Source of the DNA: a virus
Taxonomy: Duplodnaviria > Caudoviricetes
Virus record (IMG/VR): IMGVR_UViG_3300027792_000211
Location: 1 to 57,984 of that record
Direction: 5' to 3' (one strand)
Length of the DNA stretch: 57,984 nt
A program made the translations under genes and the position numbers. Shown one piece after another: positions 1 through 8,588 of this stretch (position 1 is its first letter; every line of letters begins with the position of its first letter). The notes below the pieces were generated by a model. The model was not told the origin of the DNA. It saw nothing but the letters and a program-made list of their open reading frames with translations, and did no database searches.

Positions 1-110
1 AGTAATTCGTTAACTACCTTTGTCATATTGCCACCGTCTGATAGCCTTTCAATCTCTTTTACAGTTGATTTTTTTATATAATAGGTTTTCTTTGTAATAT
101 CTGTTCTCAT
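1..110 (-). CDS. Ribbon-helix-helix (CopG/Arc-like) DNA-binding protein, 5' part; continues across the junction to 57984..57948
   Basis: Manual translation MRTDITKKTYYIKKSTVKEIERLSDGGNMTKVVNELL + RVNMDSIYEVF* (48 aa); beta-strand plus two-helix pattern; GGGGA RBS upstream. Confidence 0.65.
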   Translation of the reverse strand, partial: MRTDITKKTYYIKKSTVKEIERLSDGGNMTKVVNEL

Positions 111-137
111 AATTTATATCTCCCCTTTTTTTATTTT

Positions 138-183
138 TATTATACCATATATATTTTAATATGTAAATTAATATGGTATAATA
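138..183. promoter_or_regulatory. Back-to-back promoters inside a 13-bp inverted repeat
   Basis: TATTATACCATAT-N20-ATATGGTATAATA; minus strand TTTACA-17-TATAAT, plus strand TGG-TATAAT; lies between divergent genes. Confidence 0.7.
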
Positions 184-207
184 TATAGTAAAAGGAGTTG
201 ATTATTA

Positions 208-342
208 ATGGATAAAGTTTATATTGTTTTTAGTGATACCGACGAAATCGAAGCCGTATTTAGAAATGAAAAAGACGCCCAGGCTTATGTTCAAAAATTC
301 TGGGATGTTACTTTCACATATGAGGAGTGGGATGTCGAATGA
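208..342 (+). CDS. Small hypothetical phage protein (44 aa)
   Basis: AAGGAG RBS; MDKVYIVFSDTDEIEAVFRNEKDAQAYV..., typical small phage beta-beta-alpha protein. Confidence 0.7.
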   Translation: MDKVYIVFSDTDEIEAVFRNEKDAQAYVQKFWDVTFTYEEWDVE

Positions 343-437
343 ATCATGATACACTTAAAAAATTTTTAATAAGAGTGATAATTTTGATGTTTTTATTTGA
401 AAATTTAATGATAATTTATGAACATTATTTTAAATAA
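339..437 (+). CDS. Small hydrophobic peptide (32 aa)
   Basis: ATGA overlap with the upstream stop; MNHDTLKKFLIRVIILMFLFENLMIIYEHYFK. Confidence 0.45.
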   Translation: MNHDTLKKFLIRVIILMFLFENLMIIYEHYFK

Positions 438-455
438 GAAAGGAGTTGACTAACA

Positions 456-860
456 ATGAATAAAAAGGGACACACTGTGGGATGTATTTTGGTATCTACA
501 GCATCGATATATTATTTACATACAAATATATTAAATGATATTTTAATGACGTCTGGAATCATTTTAGGGTCATTCTTGCCCGACCTAGACGCCGACTATT
601 CTTTTATAGAATACAAACTAAAAGGCGTAAATCCCATGAAGGTAATTCAAAAAATATTACCCGCCAATCCCGTAACGGATCATAGAGGGGCATTGTTACA
701 TTCAATTTTGACAATTATACCATGTATTATCTTTATGAAGTACGATTTCGTCAAAGGTTTAGGCCTTGGCATTTTAGGTCACCATATATTGGATATGATG
801 ACCCCCGCTGGCCTTAGATATTTTTTTCCGTTTAAATTTAAAATTAGATTATTTAGATAA
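456..860 (+). CDS. Membrane-bound metal-dependent hydrolase (YdjM-like)
   Basis: Motifs GH, GSFLPDLD, HRGxxHS, HHILDMMTPAG; hydrophobic helices. Confidence 0.85.
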   Translation: MNKKGHTVGCILVSTASIYYLHTNILNDILMTSGIILGSFLPDLDADYSFIEYKLKGVNPMKVIQKILPANPVTDHRGALLHSILTIIPCIIFMKYDFVKGLGLGILGHHILDMMTPAGLRYFFPFKFKIRLFR

Positions 861-2003
861 TTAAACCGCCACAAAGGTCCACCCGGCCGCGATTAAGTGA
901 TTCCTTGCCGCGTCACTTGCCGCGGTCCTATTATTTTTATGACTTAATGTTCCATTAATTCCATGAGTTACAGCCGCTGTATTGATAATTGTATCATCGG
1001 TATTTGTAGCTGACATATTAGTTCCATTGCAATATATATAAGTAATACCGTTAGCTGGCATATAAGCCCCGGTTAGTAAACTACACCCATCAACTCGGAG
1101 TATTACGCTAACAGGTCCTAAATTCCCAATAGACCCCGTCAAATTAGGTATATTTTGAGCATACAATGAATTAGTTGGTTTTGGCATATTAGCAACATCA
1201 CCTGTTAATAAATTACATCCCCCTATGTGCAATATAGTTAAAACCTTTGGTAAATATGCAATATCCCCAGTAATTTTTGTTGAGCTAATATTTAAAGTAC
1301 CCGTTAACCTTGCAAAATCTTTAGTATTACCTACATATCTGACCCCAGTCGTATTTGCGGCTATGGTTATATTTGCGGCTAACATGTTTGTAGCAAACAT
1401 GTAACTATTCCCAGCGTTAACTAAATTAGGGGCTGGCTTGGCTAAAGTTGAGACATTCCCGTCGGCGTCATACCACATAATGTTAGAACCATTTGTAATG
1501 CCAAAATCCATTACGCCGGCTGTACATTTAAAAATATTGACATAATCGGCCGTATAAGTTGGAACTGTTACGGGTCCTTTGAAACCAATGTATGTATACA
1601 TATTCAAATTTCTAAGCCTATTCACAACCGCCGCGGGTGTCATTGTTAATGATGTATTTTGAGGAACATCCAAATTATATTTATTTGTATAAGATACCCA
1701 TACCCCTCCATTTACGACTTGTTGCCGTTGCCCTACGGGTACATTCGTTCTTAATCCAGTAACTTGATTATAATAGCCAGAAATATATCCACTATTAGCC
1801 CCGCAAAAGGCCAAAATTCCGGCTTGATCTTCAAATGCAAATTCTTGAGTGGTGCTTCCTCCCGTTTCAATGACTTCACACCATGGACACCCACAAGTTA
1901 ATAACTTTTCTTGTGAATAAACAAATTGAAGTTGACTTTTGTAAGGATCTAAAGGAAAACGTTTTACATTTCCCTTGGTTATCTGTAATCCATTGCCTAA
2001 CAT
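861..2003 (-). CDS. LRR-like repeat protein, putative receptor-binding/virion protein (paralog 1)
   Basis: Repeats ITGDIAYLP/LTGDVANMP/LTGSIGNLG; C-terminal cap RTAASDAA..L..GWT; paralogous to 2017..3105. Confidence 0.55.
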   Translation of the reverse strand: MLGNGLQITKGNVKRFPLDPYKSQLQFVYSQEKLLTCGCPWCEVIETGGSTTQEFAFEDQAGILAFCGANSGYISGYYNQVTGLRTNVPVGQRQQVVNGGVWVSYTNKYNLDVPQNTSLTMTPAAVVNRLRNLNMYTYIGFKGPVTVPTYTADYVNIFKCTAGVMDFGITNGSNIMWYDADGNVSTLAKPAPNLVNAGNSYMFATNMLAANITIAANTTGVRYVGNTKDFARLTGTLNISSTKITGDIAYLPKVLTILHIGGCNLLTGDVANMPKPTNSLYAQNIPNLTGSIGNLGPVSVILRVDGCSLLTGAYMPANGITYIYCNGTNMSATNTDDTIINTAAVTHGINGTLSHKNNRTAASDAARNHLIAAGWTFVAV

Positions 2004-2016
2004 TTTTACACCTCCT

Positions 2017-3105
2017 TTACACTGCTGTTAAGGTCCATCCTTTTGCTAATAATATTGCCACCGCTGCATTACTTGCGGCGGTCCTATTATTTTTATATCT
2101 CAAATCTCCGTTGATCGCTGTTATTACGCTCGCACAGTTTATAAGAGTTTGATCTGTCTCATTAGCTGTCATTGCATTACCATATATAAAAATTAAAGTG
2201 TTGTTAGCTTTAGGTGTATACGTACCAGATAATAACGAACAATCTCTGGCATATAAATACGTAACAGACGGCACATTATTAAATAAACCCGTTAATTTAG
2301 AGCCTGCGGATATTGCTAAGAAAAAAGTTACCCTTGGTAAAAATATAACATCATCCGTAATTTCAGATACATTAAATAAATCCACATAATATGTAAATCT
2401 TGGTAAATCTTTTAAGCTACCTATCCACTTATTAGTTGTACCATTTGAAGCTAATTGTATATTACCTAACATATTAGTACAAAATAAATAATCTGTACCA
2501 GCACTTACACAAGTAACGGCTGGCCTTGCCGCACCACTCGTGGTGTTATCTCTGAAGTACCATAATAAATTTAAGCCGTTCGTTATACCAAAGTCATTTA
2601 GACTATTAGCTGACATTTTCATAGGGAATACATAGTCGGGCGTATAACCGACTATACTTATCGAGCCTTTAAATCCAATATAACTACACATACTCAGGTT
2701 TTTAAGCCTGTTTAACGCCGCTATACCAGACACGGCCAAGGTCGAATTTACAGGTATTTCAAGGTTATACTTTGCAGTACCCGGACCCCATACCCCGGCA
2801 TTTATTATTTGCCGTTGTTGGGCCTCAACTGTTACATCGACTTTTACACCTGTTTTTTGTTCATACATAGCGGATATATAGCCGCTATTAGCACCAACGA
2901 AAGCCTGTATTGATGCCTTATCAATGTATCCGTCGATATAATCAAATTCTTGCTTCACCCCTCCACCTGTTTCCCGGATTTCAATTTTAAAATTTCCAGG
3001 CAAAAGTTGATAATCTGAAAAAACAAATTGAAGTTGCGATTTATATAAAATTAAAGGGAAATGTCTAACATCGCCCTTATTGTTCTGTGCTCCAACTCCT
3101 AACAT
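2017..3105 (-). CDS. LRR-like repeat protein, putative receptor-binding/virion protein (paralog 2)
   Basis: Shares FPL.YKSQLQFV, GANSGYIS, YIGFKG, DFGITNG and KNNRTAAS..GWT.AV with the neighbouring gene. Confidence 0.55.
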   Translation of the reverse strand: MLGVGAQNNKGDVRHFPLILYKSQLQFVFSDYQLLPGNFKIEIRETGGGVKQEFDYIDGYIDKASIQAFVGANSGYISAMYEQKTGVKVDVTVEAQQRQIINAGVWGPGTAKYNLEIPVNSTLAVSGIAALNRLKNLSMCSYIGFKGSISIVGYTPDYVFPMKMSANSLNDFGITNGLNLLWYFRDNTTSGAARPAVTCVSAGTDYLFCTNMLGNIQLASNGTTNKWIGSLKDLPRFTYYVDLFNVSEITDDVIFLPRVTFFLAISAGSKLTGLFNNVPSVTYLYARDCSLLSGTYTPKANNTLIFIYGNAMTANETDQTLINCASVITAINGDLRYKNNRTAASNAAVAILLAKGWTLTAV

Positions 3106-3107
3106 AA

Positions 3108-3452
3108 TTACACCCCTTGATAGGCTACGACAGCCCCGCTTGTTACTGTTACACTCGTAAACCTCCCGTAAATTGGTGTATTAGTTGTAACAGTTATGGC
3201 CGTTATCCCTGTTACATTTCCCACCGCGGTTATTACTGCATCAGCTACAACATAAATACAATTAAATACATAACCCGCGTCAGGTGCTATCACACCCGCC
3301 CCGGAATAAATACCACCTAAATTCCCAACCGTGGCATCTAAAATATTTTTAATATCATCATTGCTTGTTTTAACATCTTTTAAATTATCATTGTTCAATA
3401 ATTCTTTAATATCATTTAATAACTCAGCAATTATAAATTTTTTATCAGACAT
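3108..3452 (-). CDS. Hypothetical virion-associated protein (coiled N-terminus, beta-rich C-terminus)
   Basis: Likely start MSDKK at 3452 after AAGGATGTG; C-terminal G/T/V-rich beta domain. Confidence 0.6.
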   Translation of the reverse strand: MSDKKFIIAELLNDIKELLNNDNLKDVKTSNDDIKNILDATVGNLGGIYSGAGVIAPDAGYVFNCIYVVADAVITAVGNVTGITAITVTTNTPIYGRFTSVTVTSGAVVAYQGV

Positions 3453-3512
3453 TTTAACACATCCTTTTACCCTTATTATATAATAAAAGTAAATCGAAAG
3501 AGAGAAAAAAAT

Positions 3513-3674
3513 ATGGCTGATCACAAATGCACACAACTAGAAAGAATTTCTAGAATAGACACCCAACTTCAAGATACTAGAAATTTACAAACATTATTAT
3601 TAAAAATTTTAATAACTACCCTTGCAAGTTCGGTTTTTACTTTATTAACTACAATAGTTATTTTATTAAATTAA
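3513..3674 (+). CDS. XhlA/hemolysin-like small membrane protein (53 aa), lysis cassette
   Basis: Manual translation MADHKCTQLERISRIDTQLQDTRNLQTLLLKILITTLASSVFTLLTTIVILLN; coiled coil plus C-terminal TM directly upstream of the holin. Confidence 0.6.
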   Translation: MADHKCTQLERISRIDTQLQDTRNLQTLLLKILITTLASSVFTLLTTIVILLN

Positions 3675-3677
3675 GGA

Positions 3678-3878
3678 GTGATTATTTTGAAGAACAGATT
3701 TAAAGACAAATTCACCTGGTTGTCAATATTATCATTAGTTATCATAATATTAACTCAGTTAAACGTATTTGAATTAATTGGTATTAACTCCGACTCTTTC
3801 AAAATCATCATTGAAAGTATCTTGAGTATTTTGGTCCTAGTAGGCATATTAAACAACCCAACCACCAAACAATTTTAA
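3678..3878 (+). CDS. Phage holin (phiLC3-like, 2 TM)
   Basis: NRFKDKFTWLSILSL...LVGILNNPTT signature. Confidence 0.85.
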   Translation: MIILKNRFKDKFTWLSILSLVIIILTQLNVFELIGINSDSFKIIIESILSILVLVGILNNPTTKQF

Positions 3879-3909
3879 AAAGAAGCTAAGAATTTCTTAG
3901 CTTCTTTTT
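3877..3909. terminator. Bidirectional intrinsic terminator
   Basis: AAAAAGAAGCTAAGAA-T-TTCTTAGCTTCTTTTT perfect inverted repeat between convergent genes. Confidence 0.85.
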
Positions 3910-3951
3910 ATTAAATAGGATACACAATGAAAAAAATTCTATTCTATTATA

Positions 3952-4104
3952 TCATTTTTTATACAACTCGATATTATCAATTTCAGATTGTTTAACCCAT
4001 TTACTCCAACGCCCACAATCAGCACAATATAAGCCGATATGTTGCGCTTTTTTTTCTAAATAATAATCGGTACACTTACAATATTTACATTTAAAATTTT
4101 TCAT
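3952..4104 (-). CDS. Small zinc-ribbon protein (50 aa)
   Basis: GGAGG RBS; MKNFKCKYCKC...GLYCADCGRWSKWV with two CxxC pairs. Confidence 0.75.
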   Translation of the reverse strand: MKNFKCKYCKCTDYYLEKKAQHIGLYCADCGRWSKWVKQSEIDNIELYKK

Positions 4105-4205
4105 GGTTTACCTCCTTTCATAATAAAATTACCAAATCAATTTCCCAGTTATGGATTGGATTTTACAGTACTGACATTATTTTATATGAAATGTATACAA
4201 TAACG

Positions 4206-4510
4206 AACACCCGCAATGCGGGGGTTATATAAAATCATTGTATCCATTGATATAACTAAATTTAAATGTATTTTCGCGGGGGTTGCGGGTGATGTTTTCC
4301 TATTCTTTTCAAAAAAAGGGTTGTACTTAGTGTCACTTATTAGTATTTTACCATATTACCCCTTAAAGCTTTATAAATAAAATATTCTCTTTTTTTTTAT
4401 ATATTAACACCCGCACACCCGCAAAAAGCTTTATAAGTCAACTTATCACTAAATAAAAGATATGCGGGGGTTGTTAAAAATCACCCCCGCATTACACCCG
4501 CACACCCGCA
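4206..4510. repeat. Iteron-like array, putative replication origin
   Basis: Ten CCCGC-core repeats (ACACCCGCA / TGCGGGGGTT) in both orientations with AT-rich spacers, immediately downstream of the primase-helicase. Confidence 0.75.
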
Positions 4511-4531
4511 AAACTTCAATTGGAAATTATC

Positions 4532-6841
4532 TTATAATTTTTTTACATAAAATAATTCAATTTTTTTATGCTCATCTCTTTTCATTTTTACGTTTAATTT
4601 TTTTAATTCACGGCCAATAGTGAATTTATTCAAGTTTTTTCCAAATGTAGTGTTCATGGCATTTTCAGCGTTTAACACACTAAAAATTTCTTTTCCAGAT
4701 AACCATTCCCCAACTTCTGGAAATAGGTCTATTTTATCCTCAATAATTAATGTATTATCAGATTTTAATAAATATTTATTATTATTTCTTTCTACTTTTT
4801 CCTTTTCTTCTCTAGTATGCCAATATCGTTCCCCTTTTAAATATAAATCATAAAAGTAACCCCACATAATATCGATATCAATATTTAAATTCACTATTAA
4901 TTCCGCGTTACCCATTGTTAAAAATCTTCGAGACCCGGTTGTATCTGTTAAATACTCGTAATCATTTGTTGTCCCACAAAAACATGTTCGACGTTTTATA
5001 TCAATAAACTCCTTGGCATAAGGGATTCTAACCCGGTCTTTCGTATCATTAATATAGGCCTTTAGAGAATTTTGATCTGATTTTTTAAATGTACTTGAGA
5101 TTTCCCCTATCTCCACAAGCCAGTTAGAACTAACTTCAATTAAATGATCTTTGTTTTGGACATCTAAAACTTTTAGAGACATAAAATAATTCTGTCTAAA
5201 TTGTTTAGGTAATAGTGATTGAAACCATCTTGTTTTATTACTTCCCTGTACACCTTGAAAGACTGGTAGAAATTGCCCCCTTAAAGGCTCTTCCTCTTCC
5301 TCTCCGTGTTCACTTCGACACCCCATCCAAACCATTTGTAAAAGGGTATGATGCATATACCAATTTTTATCTAGCTCAGGCGTGATTATGGTTTCGCATA
5401 TATCTTTAAAAGGTTGTGTACTGGGATTATTTAAATATTTTTCATGTGACATTTTTAAATAATCATGGATAGGGTTATATTTATTACTCATTGCTATATA
5501 AATTAGTGAAGCTTCTAGTTTTTCTTTTGAAGGCTTGAACCCGTGTTTAATTCCGAAATCTTGAATTTTTACTAAAACACTGTCAAGCGTATAAACCGTT
5601 ATTTTATTTTTGTGAAATACTTCAATATTTCTTTTTATTAAATTATATTTTAGGCTTAAATTGTAATGCAGTAATAAACATTCAACATTTTCAATAACTG
5701 GCAAAACTTTGTATTCCTCGAATTTAGGCTTTTTTTCAAGCCCCTCGTACATATTCCAAAATTCACTTAACCGTTTTGTCATTGTACCATCTTTGGTATC
5801 AGTGAATTTAACCATGACATAATCTGGATTCCATTTCACAAATGTAAAATCCGGGTTTTCGTTCTTAGCTTCCTTTTTTTCATTCATTCCCAACTTATCG
5901 GCACACCATCGGACGGCTTTAGCTAAATCATTATTACACAAATGAATCTTTATCAAATCAAAACTATTACATTGTTGTCCATTACCCGCGGGATCGGTCC
6001 CGTGGAAAGATATACATAAACTATCATTATCAAGGATTTTAAGGCCGTTCGTACCTTCACCGTTTATCCAGGTATAACAATCTTTCTTTGAACCTTTCTC
6101 ATAAAATTCACTTAAAAATTCTTCGATTACCTGGGATATTGTATATTTTCGGCAAAATTCACCGATAGGTCCAGTTTTTTCCCGGCCGTTGCTTTTTGGC
6201 CCCGGTTTACTTTCAGTTGCCTTTTTATCTTTTGTATCTTTTTTTCTTAATTCTAAAAGTTCATCTTCCCATCCGGGCTTTAAATAATTTTCAGGATTAA
6301 TAATCGGACCTGAGATATTATTAAAATAAAATTCGGCATCCTGAGAGCAAGAAGGGTAGTACATAAATTGACTGATTTTAAAGCAAGAAATATCAATTTC
6401 AGGCCACAAATTCAAATCATTGACTATTTTTCTCATGATAAAGTTATATTCATTGAAATTAATTTCCCTGGTTAATGGTACTATGCAACGAATTTTAGGC
6501 TTATTCGCCCGGTGACTATGTGTACTATATAATACACATTCAAAATTTATTCGTTCTAATTTATTCCAGATATTTTTATCACAATTGTCGAAATCCAAAG
6601 TTAGGATTGATCTAGTTAGAATTGTCTCGTTGGTCCTTTTATTTTTATCACAAAAACCACCGACAAACCCGCGGCCGTCTTTGGCTTTGTGCTTAAACTC
6701 TTTTTTGTAATTGTTATACTGTTCCATTGTTTCGGGAGTTATTCGAGGAGTTTTTAATTTTTCTTTCAACTCTTCCCATGTTAAACTTTTATTTTCCCAA
6801 TAACTGGTTTGGGCGTTTATGCCTTCTGCAATTTGAATCAT
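4532..6841 (-). CDS. Primase-helicase (N-terminal AEP-like primase, C-terminal VapE/SF3-like helicase)
   Basis: GFVGG, LTLDFD, YSTHSH, RCIVPL motifs; Walker A-like GVQGSNKT, EIGEI, RIPYAK, GTTN..YLTDTTGSRRF. Confidence 0.9.
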   Translation of the reverse strand: MIQIAEGINAQTSYWENKSLTWEELKEKLKTPRITPETMEQYNNYKKEFKHKAKDGRGFVGGFCDKNKRTNETILTRSILTLDFDNCDKNIWNKLERINFECVLYSTHSHRANKPKIRCIVPLTREINFNEYNFIMRKIVNDLNLWPEIDISCFKISQFMYYPSCSQDAEFYFNNISGPIINPENYLKPGWEDELLELRKKDTKDKKATESKPGPKSNGREKTGPIGEFCRKYTISQVIEEFLSEFYEKGSKKDCYTWINGEGTNGLKILDNDSLCISFHGTDPAGNGQQCNSFDLIKIHLCNNDLAKAVRWCADKLGMNEKKEAKNENPDFTFVKWNPDYVMVKFTDTKDGTMTKRLSEFWNMYEGLEKKPKFEEYKVLPVIENVECLLLHYNLSLKYNLIKRNIEVFHKNKITVYTLDSVLVKIQDFGIKHGFKPSKEKLEASLIYIAMSNKYNPIHDYLKMSHEKYLNNPSTQPFKDICETIITPELDKNWYMHHTLLQMVWMGCRSEHGEEEEEPLRGQFLPVFQGVQGSNKTRWFQSLLPKQFRQNYFMSLKVLDVQNKDHLIEVSSNWLVEIGEISSTFKKSDQNSLKAYINDTKDRVRIPYAKEFIDIKRRTCFCGTTNDYEYLTDTTGSRRFLTMGNAELIVNLNIDIDIMWGYFYDLYLKGERYWHTREEKEKVERNNNKYLLKSDNTLIIEDKIDLFPEVGEWLSGKEIFSVLNAENAMNTTFGKNLNKFTIGRELKKLNVKMKRDEHKKIELFYVKKL

Positions 6842-6868
6842 CTTTTCCTCCTTTTATTTCCCTTTTTG

Positions 6869-6897
6869 TTGACTATTATCCATTATCTTGATATAAT
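6869..6897 (+). promoter_or_regulatory. SigmaA-type promoter pointing antisense to the primase-helicase leader
   Basis: TTGACT-17 bp-TATAAT with TG extension. Confidence 0.75.
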
Positions 6898-6902
6898 GAA
6901 TA

Positions 6903-6983
6903 ATAGAGTAATTTTAATAAACGCTATATTGAAATTACCAAGGGTTATGTTTAATTAATGCCAGCTTCGCACCTGGCTTTTTT
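6903..6983 (+). ncRNA. Putative ~80-nt antisense (countertranscript) RNA
   Basis: Bounded by the promoter at 6869..6897 and the terminator at 6960..6983; no RBS-led ORF; complementary to the AbrB-primase intergenic leader. Confidence 0.55.
6960..6983 (+). terminator. Intrinsic terminator
   Basis: GCCAG-cttcgcac-CTGGC followed by T6. Confidence 0.7.
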
Positions 6984-6994
6984 GTTGTCTAGAA

Positions 6995-7174
6995 TTACAC
7001 CGTTTCTTGTTTTTTATCTTTATCATGATAAGCCTCGATTATTATTCTATTTCCTTCTATAGACATTTTTACTTCTTTATCAAGTCCTAATAATTCTTGG
7101 AAAGGATTAGGAATCAATACACCTCTACTACCTGGCCCCATCACTGATAATTTTTTAATCAAATAATTTTTCAT
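6995..7174 (-). CDS. AbrB/MazE/SpoVT-family DNA-binding protein (59 aa)
   Basis: Manual translation MKNYLIKKLSVMGPGSRGVLIPNPFQELLGLDKEVKMSIEENRIIIEAY...; AAGGAG RBS. Confidence 0.8.
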   Translation of the reverse strand: MKNYLIKKLSVMGPGSRGVLIPNPFQELLGLDKEVKMSIEGNRIIIEAYHDKDKKQETV

Positions 7175-7277
7175 ATGTTTTTTATCTCCTTCTATCTATA
7201 TTTATTTCTATATAGATATTATATATTATTTAATTATTTAATACAATGATTTTTATTTGTAATCTAATTGTAATATA

Positions 7278-7312
7278 AAAGTATAGACATTTATATTTAT
7301 ATATGATATTAT
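7278..7312 (+). promoter_or_regulatory. Conserved early promoter, copy 1
   Basis: AAAGTATAGACATTTATATTTATATATG; TAGACA-17-TATTAT with TG extension. Confidence 0.8.
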
Positions 7313-7339
7313 ATAGATAGTGGAAGGGAGGTGGCAAAC

Positions 7340-7447
7340 ATGGAATACGACCCTAACATCGTAACACCAACGGACGGCGACGAAAACGACAACGAAGCAA
7401 TTGACAACATTACAGAAAGTCCAGAAAAAGGAAGCGAAGGGGTTTAA
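7340..7447 (+). CDS. Small acidic peptide (35 aa)
   Basis: Strong GGGAGGTG RBS; MEYDPNIVTPTDGDENDNEAIDNITESPEKGSEGV; stop lies in hairpin AAGGGGTTTAACCCCTT. Confidence 0.6.
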   Translation: MEYDPNIVTPTDGDENDNEAIDNITESPEKGSEGV

Positions 7448-7483
7448 CCCCTTTCCCCACCAGGGGAGGAAAGAGAGGATATC

Positions 7484-8248
7484 ATGAAAATTTCAAAAAA
7501 ATTAGAAAACTTATATCTTAAAAACTTTGAGAACGAAAGAGAATTAAATTATCCCTTGGGATATCGGGGAATAGAAATAAAATTTAGTAATAAGGTAGAC
7601 TTTGAAAATGAACAAGAAGGGGAAGAATATCTAATATGTTTAGAGATGTATTTAAATGAAACTGAAATCGATTACTACGAGTATGACGGATCAAGGTCTG
7701 TCATCGGCAACCTGGCCGAAATAACATTTGTAGTTAACCAGGATAATTTAGATGAATTTAATAAATCTTACAAAGAATTTAAATCCAACTATGAAACAAT
7801 TATGGCAAATTATAAAAATACTATTATAGCCGAAGAAGAAATTACACCTGTTATTGATGTAAAACAATATATTGTGGCTGGTAATGCTACAATAACCCTT
7901 GAAGGCAAGAATAATCATTTTACATATAAGATACAAAAACATTCAGAATCAAAAATATGGTTTGTAAAATTATTAACAGGCCAAAATAATGACATCGATT
8001 ATAAATACATAGGATTCTTTAGAGAAGATTTAAAGTTTAAAACTTCTAGTAAATCAGAAATAAGCATAGATTCACTGGGTTTCAAGGCATTTGCTTATTT
8101 TATGAGAAGACTTGAAAATTTACCACCTGAATTGAAAATACACTATGCTAGTAAATGCCCAAAGTGCGGGCGTACACTAACAACCCCCGAATCAATTCAA
8201 AACGGTATAGGTTCGGAATGCCTAAAACAACTTATGGAGGTGTCGTAA
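7484..8248 (+). CDS. Phage protein with C-terminal DUF6011-like zinc finger
   Basis: CPKCGRTLTTPESIQNGIGSEC. Confidence 0.75.
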   Translation: MKISKKLENLYLKNFENERELNYPLGYRGIEIKFSNKVDFENEQEGEEYLICLEMYLNETEIDYYEYDGSRSVIGNLAEITFVVNQDNLDEFNKSYKEFKSNYETIMANYKNTIIAEEEITPVIDVKQYIVAGNATITLEGKNNHFTYKIQKHSESKIWFVKLLTGQNNDIDYKYIGFFREDLKFKTSSKSEISIDSLGFKAFAYFMRRLENLPPELKIHYASKCPKCGRTLTTPESIQNGIGSECLKQLMEVS

Positions 8249-8249
8249 A

Positions 8250-8588
8250 ATGATTTGTCCATATTGCAATCAATCGGCTGAGCTAAAGGATAGCTCAGTC
8301 ATTTATGGGAAAAGTTATGGCCTAATATATATTTGTTTTCCATGTAATGCATATGTAGGAACTCATAGGGGAACAAACACACCATTGGGAACATTGGCCA
8401 ATAGTGAATTAAGGAAGCTAAGAAAACAATGTCATAGTATATTCGATATAAAATGGAAATCTGGAAAAATGTCCAGGTTTGAAGCGTACGTATGGCTTAG
8501 TAAACAACTTAAAATTGATATAAATCAATGTCATATAGGGATGTTTGATGTAGATCAATGTAAAAAAGTAATGGAGGTATTACAATGA
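8250..8588 (+). CDS. Zinc-finger protein, DUF3268-like
   Basis: CPYC...CFPCNAYVGTH..PLGTLANSELR...CHIGMFD. Confidence 0.85.
   Translation: MICPYCNQSAELKDSSVIYGKSYGLIYICFPCNAYVGTHRGTNTPLGTLANSELRKLRKQCHSIFDIKWKSGKMSRFEAYVWLSKQLKIDINQCHIGMFDVDQCKKVMEVLQ

Noticed and set aside
861-3105. Diversity-generating retroelement acting on the paralogous C-termini
   Set aside because: No reverse transcriptase in the window, and differences between the two 3' ends are not confined to adenines
4206-4510. CRISPR or mini-array
   Set aside because: Repeats are only 8-10 bp, occur in both orientations and are irregularly spaced; they fit iterons better
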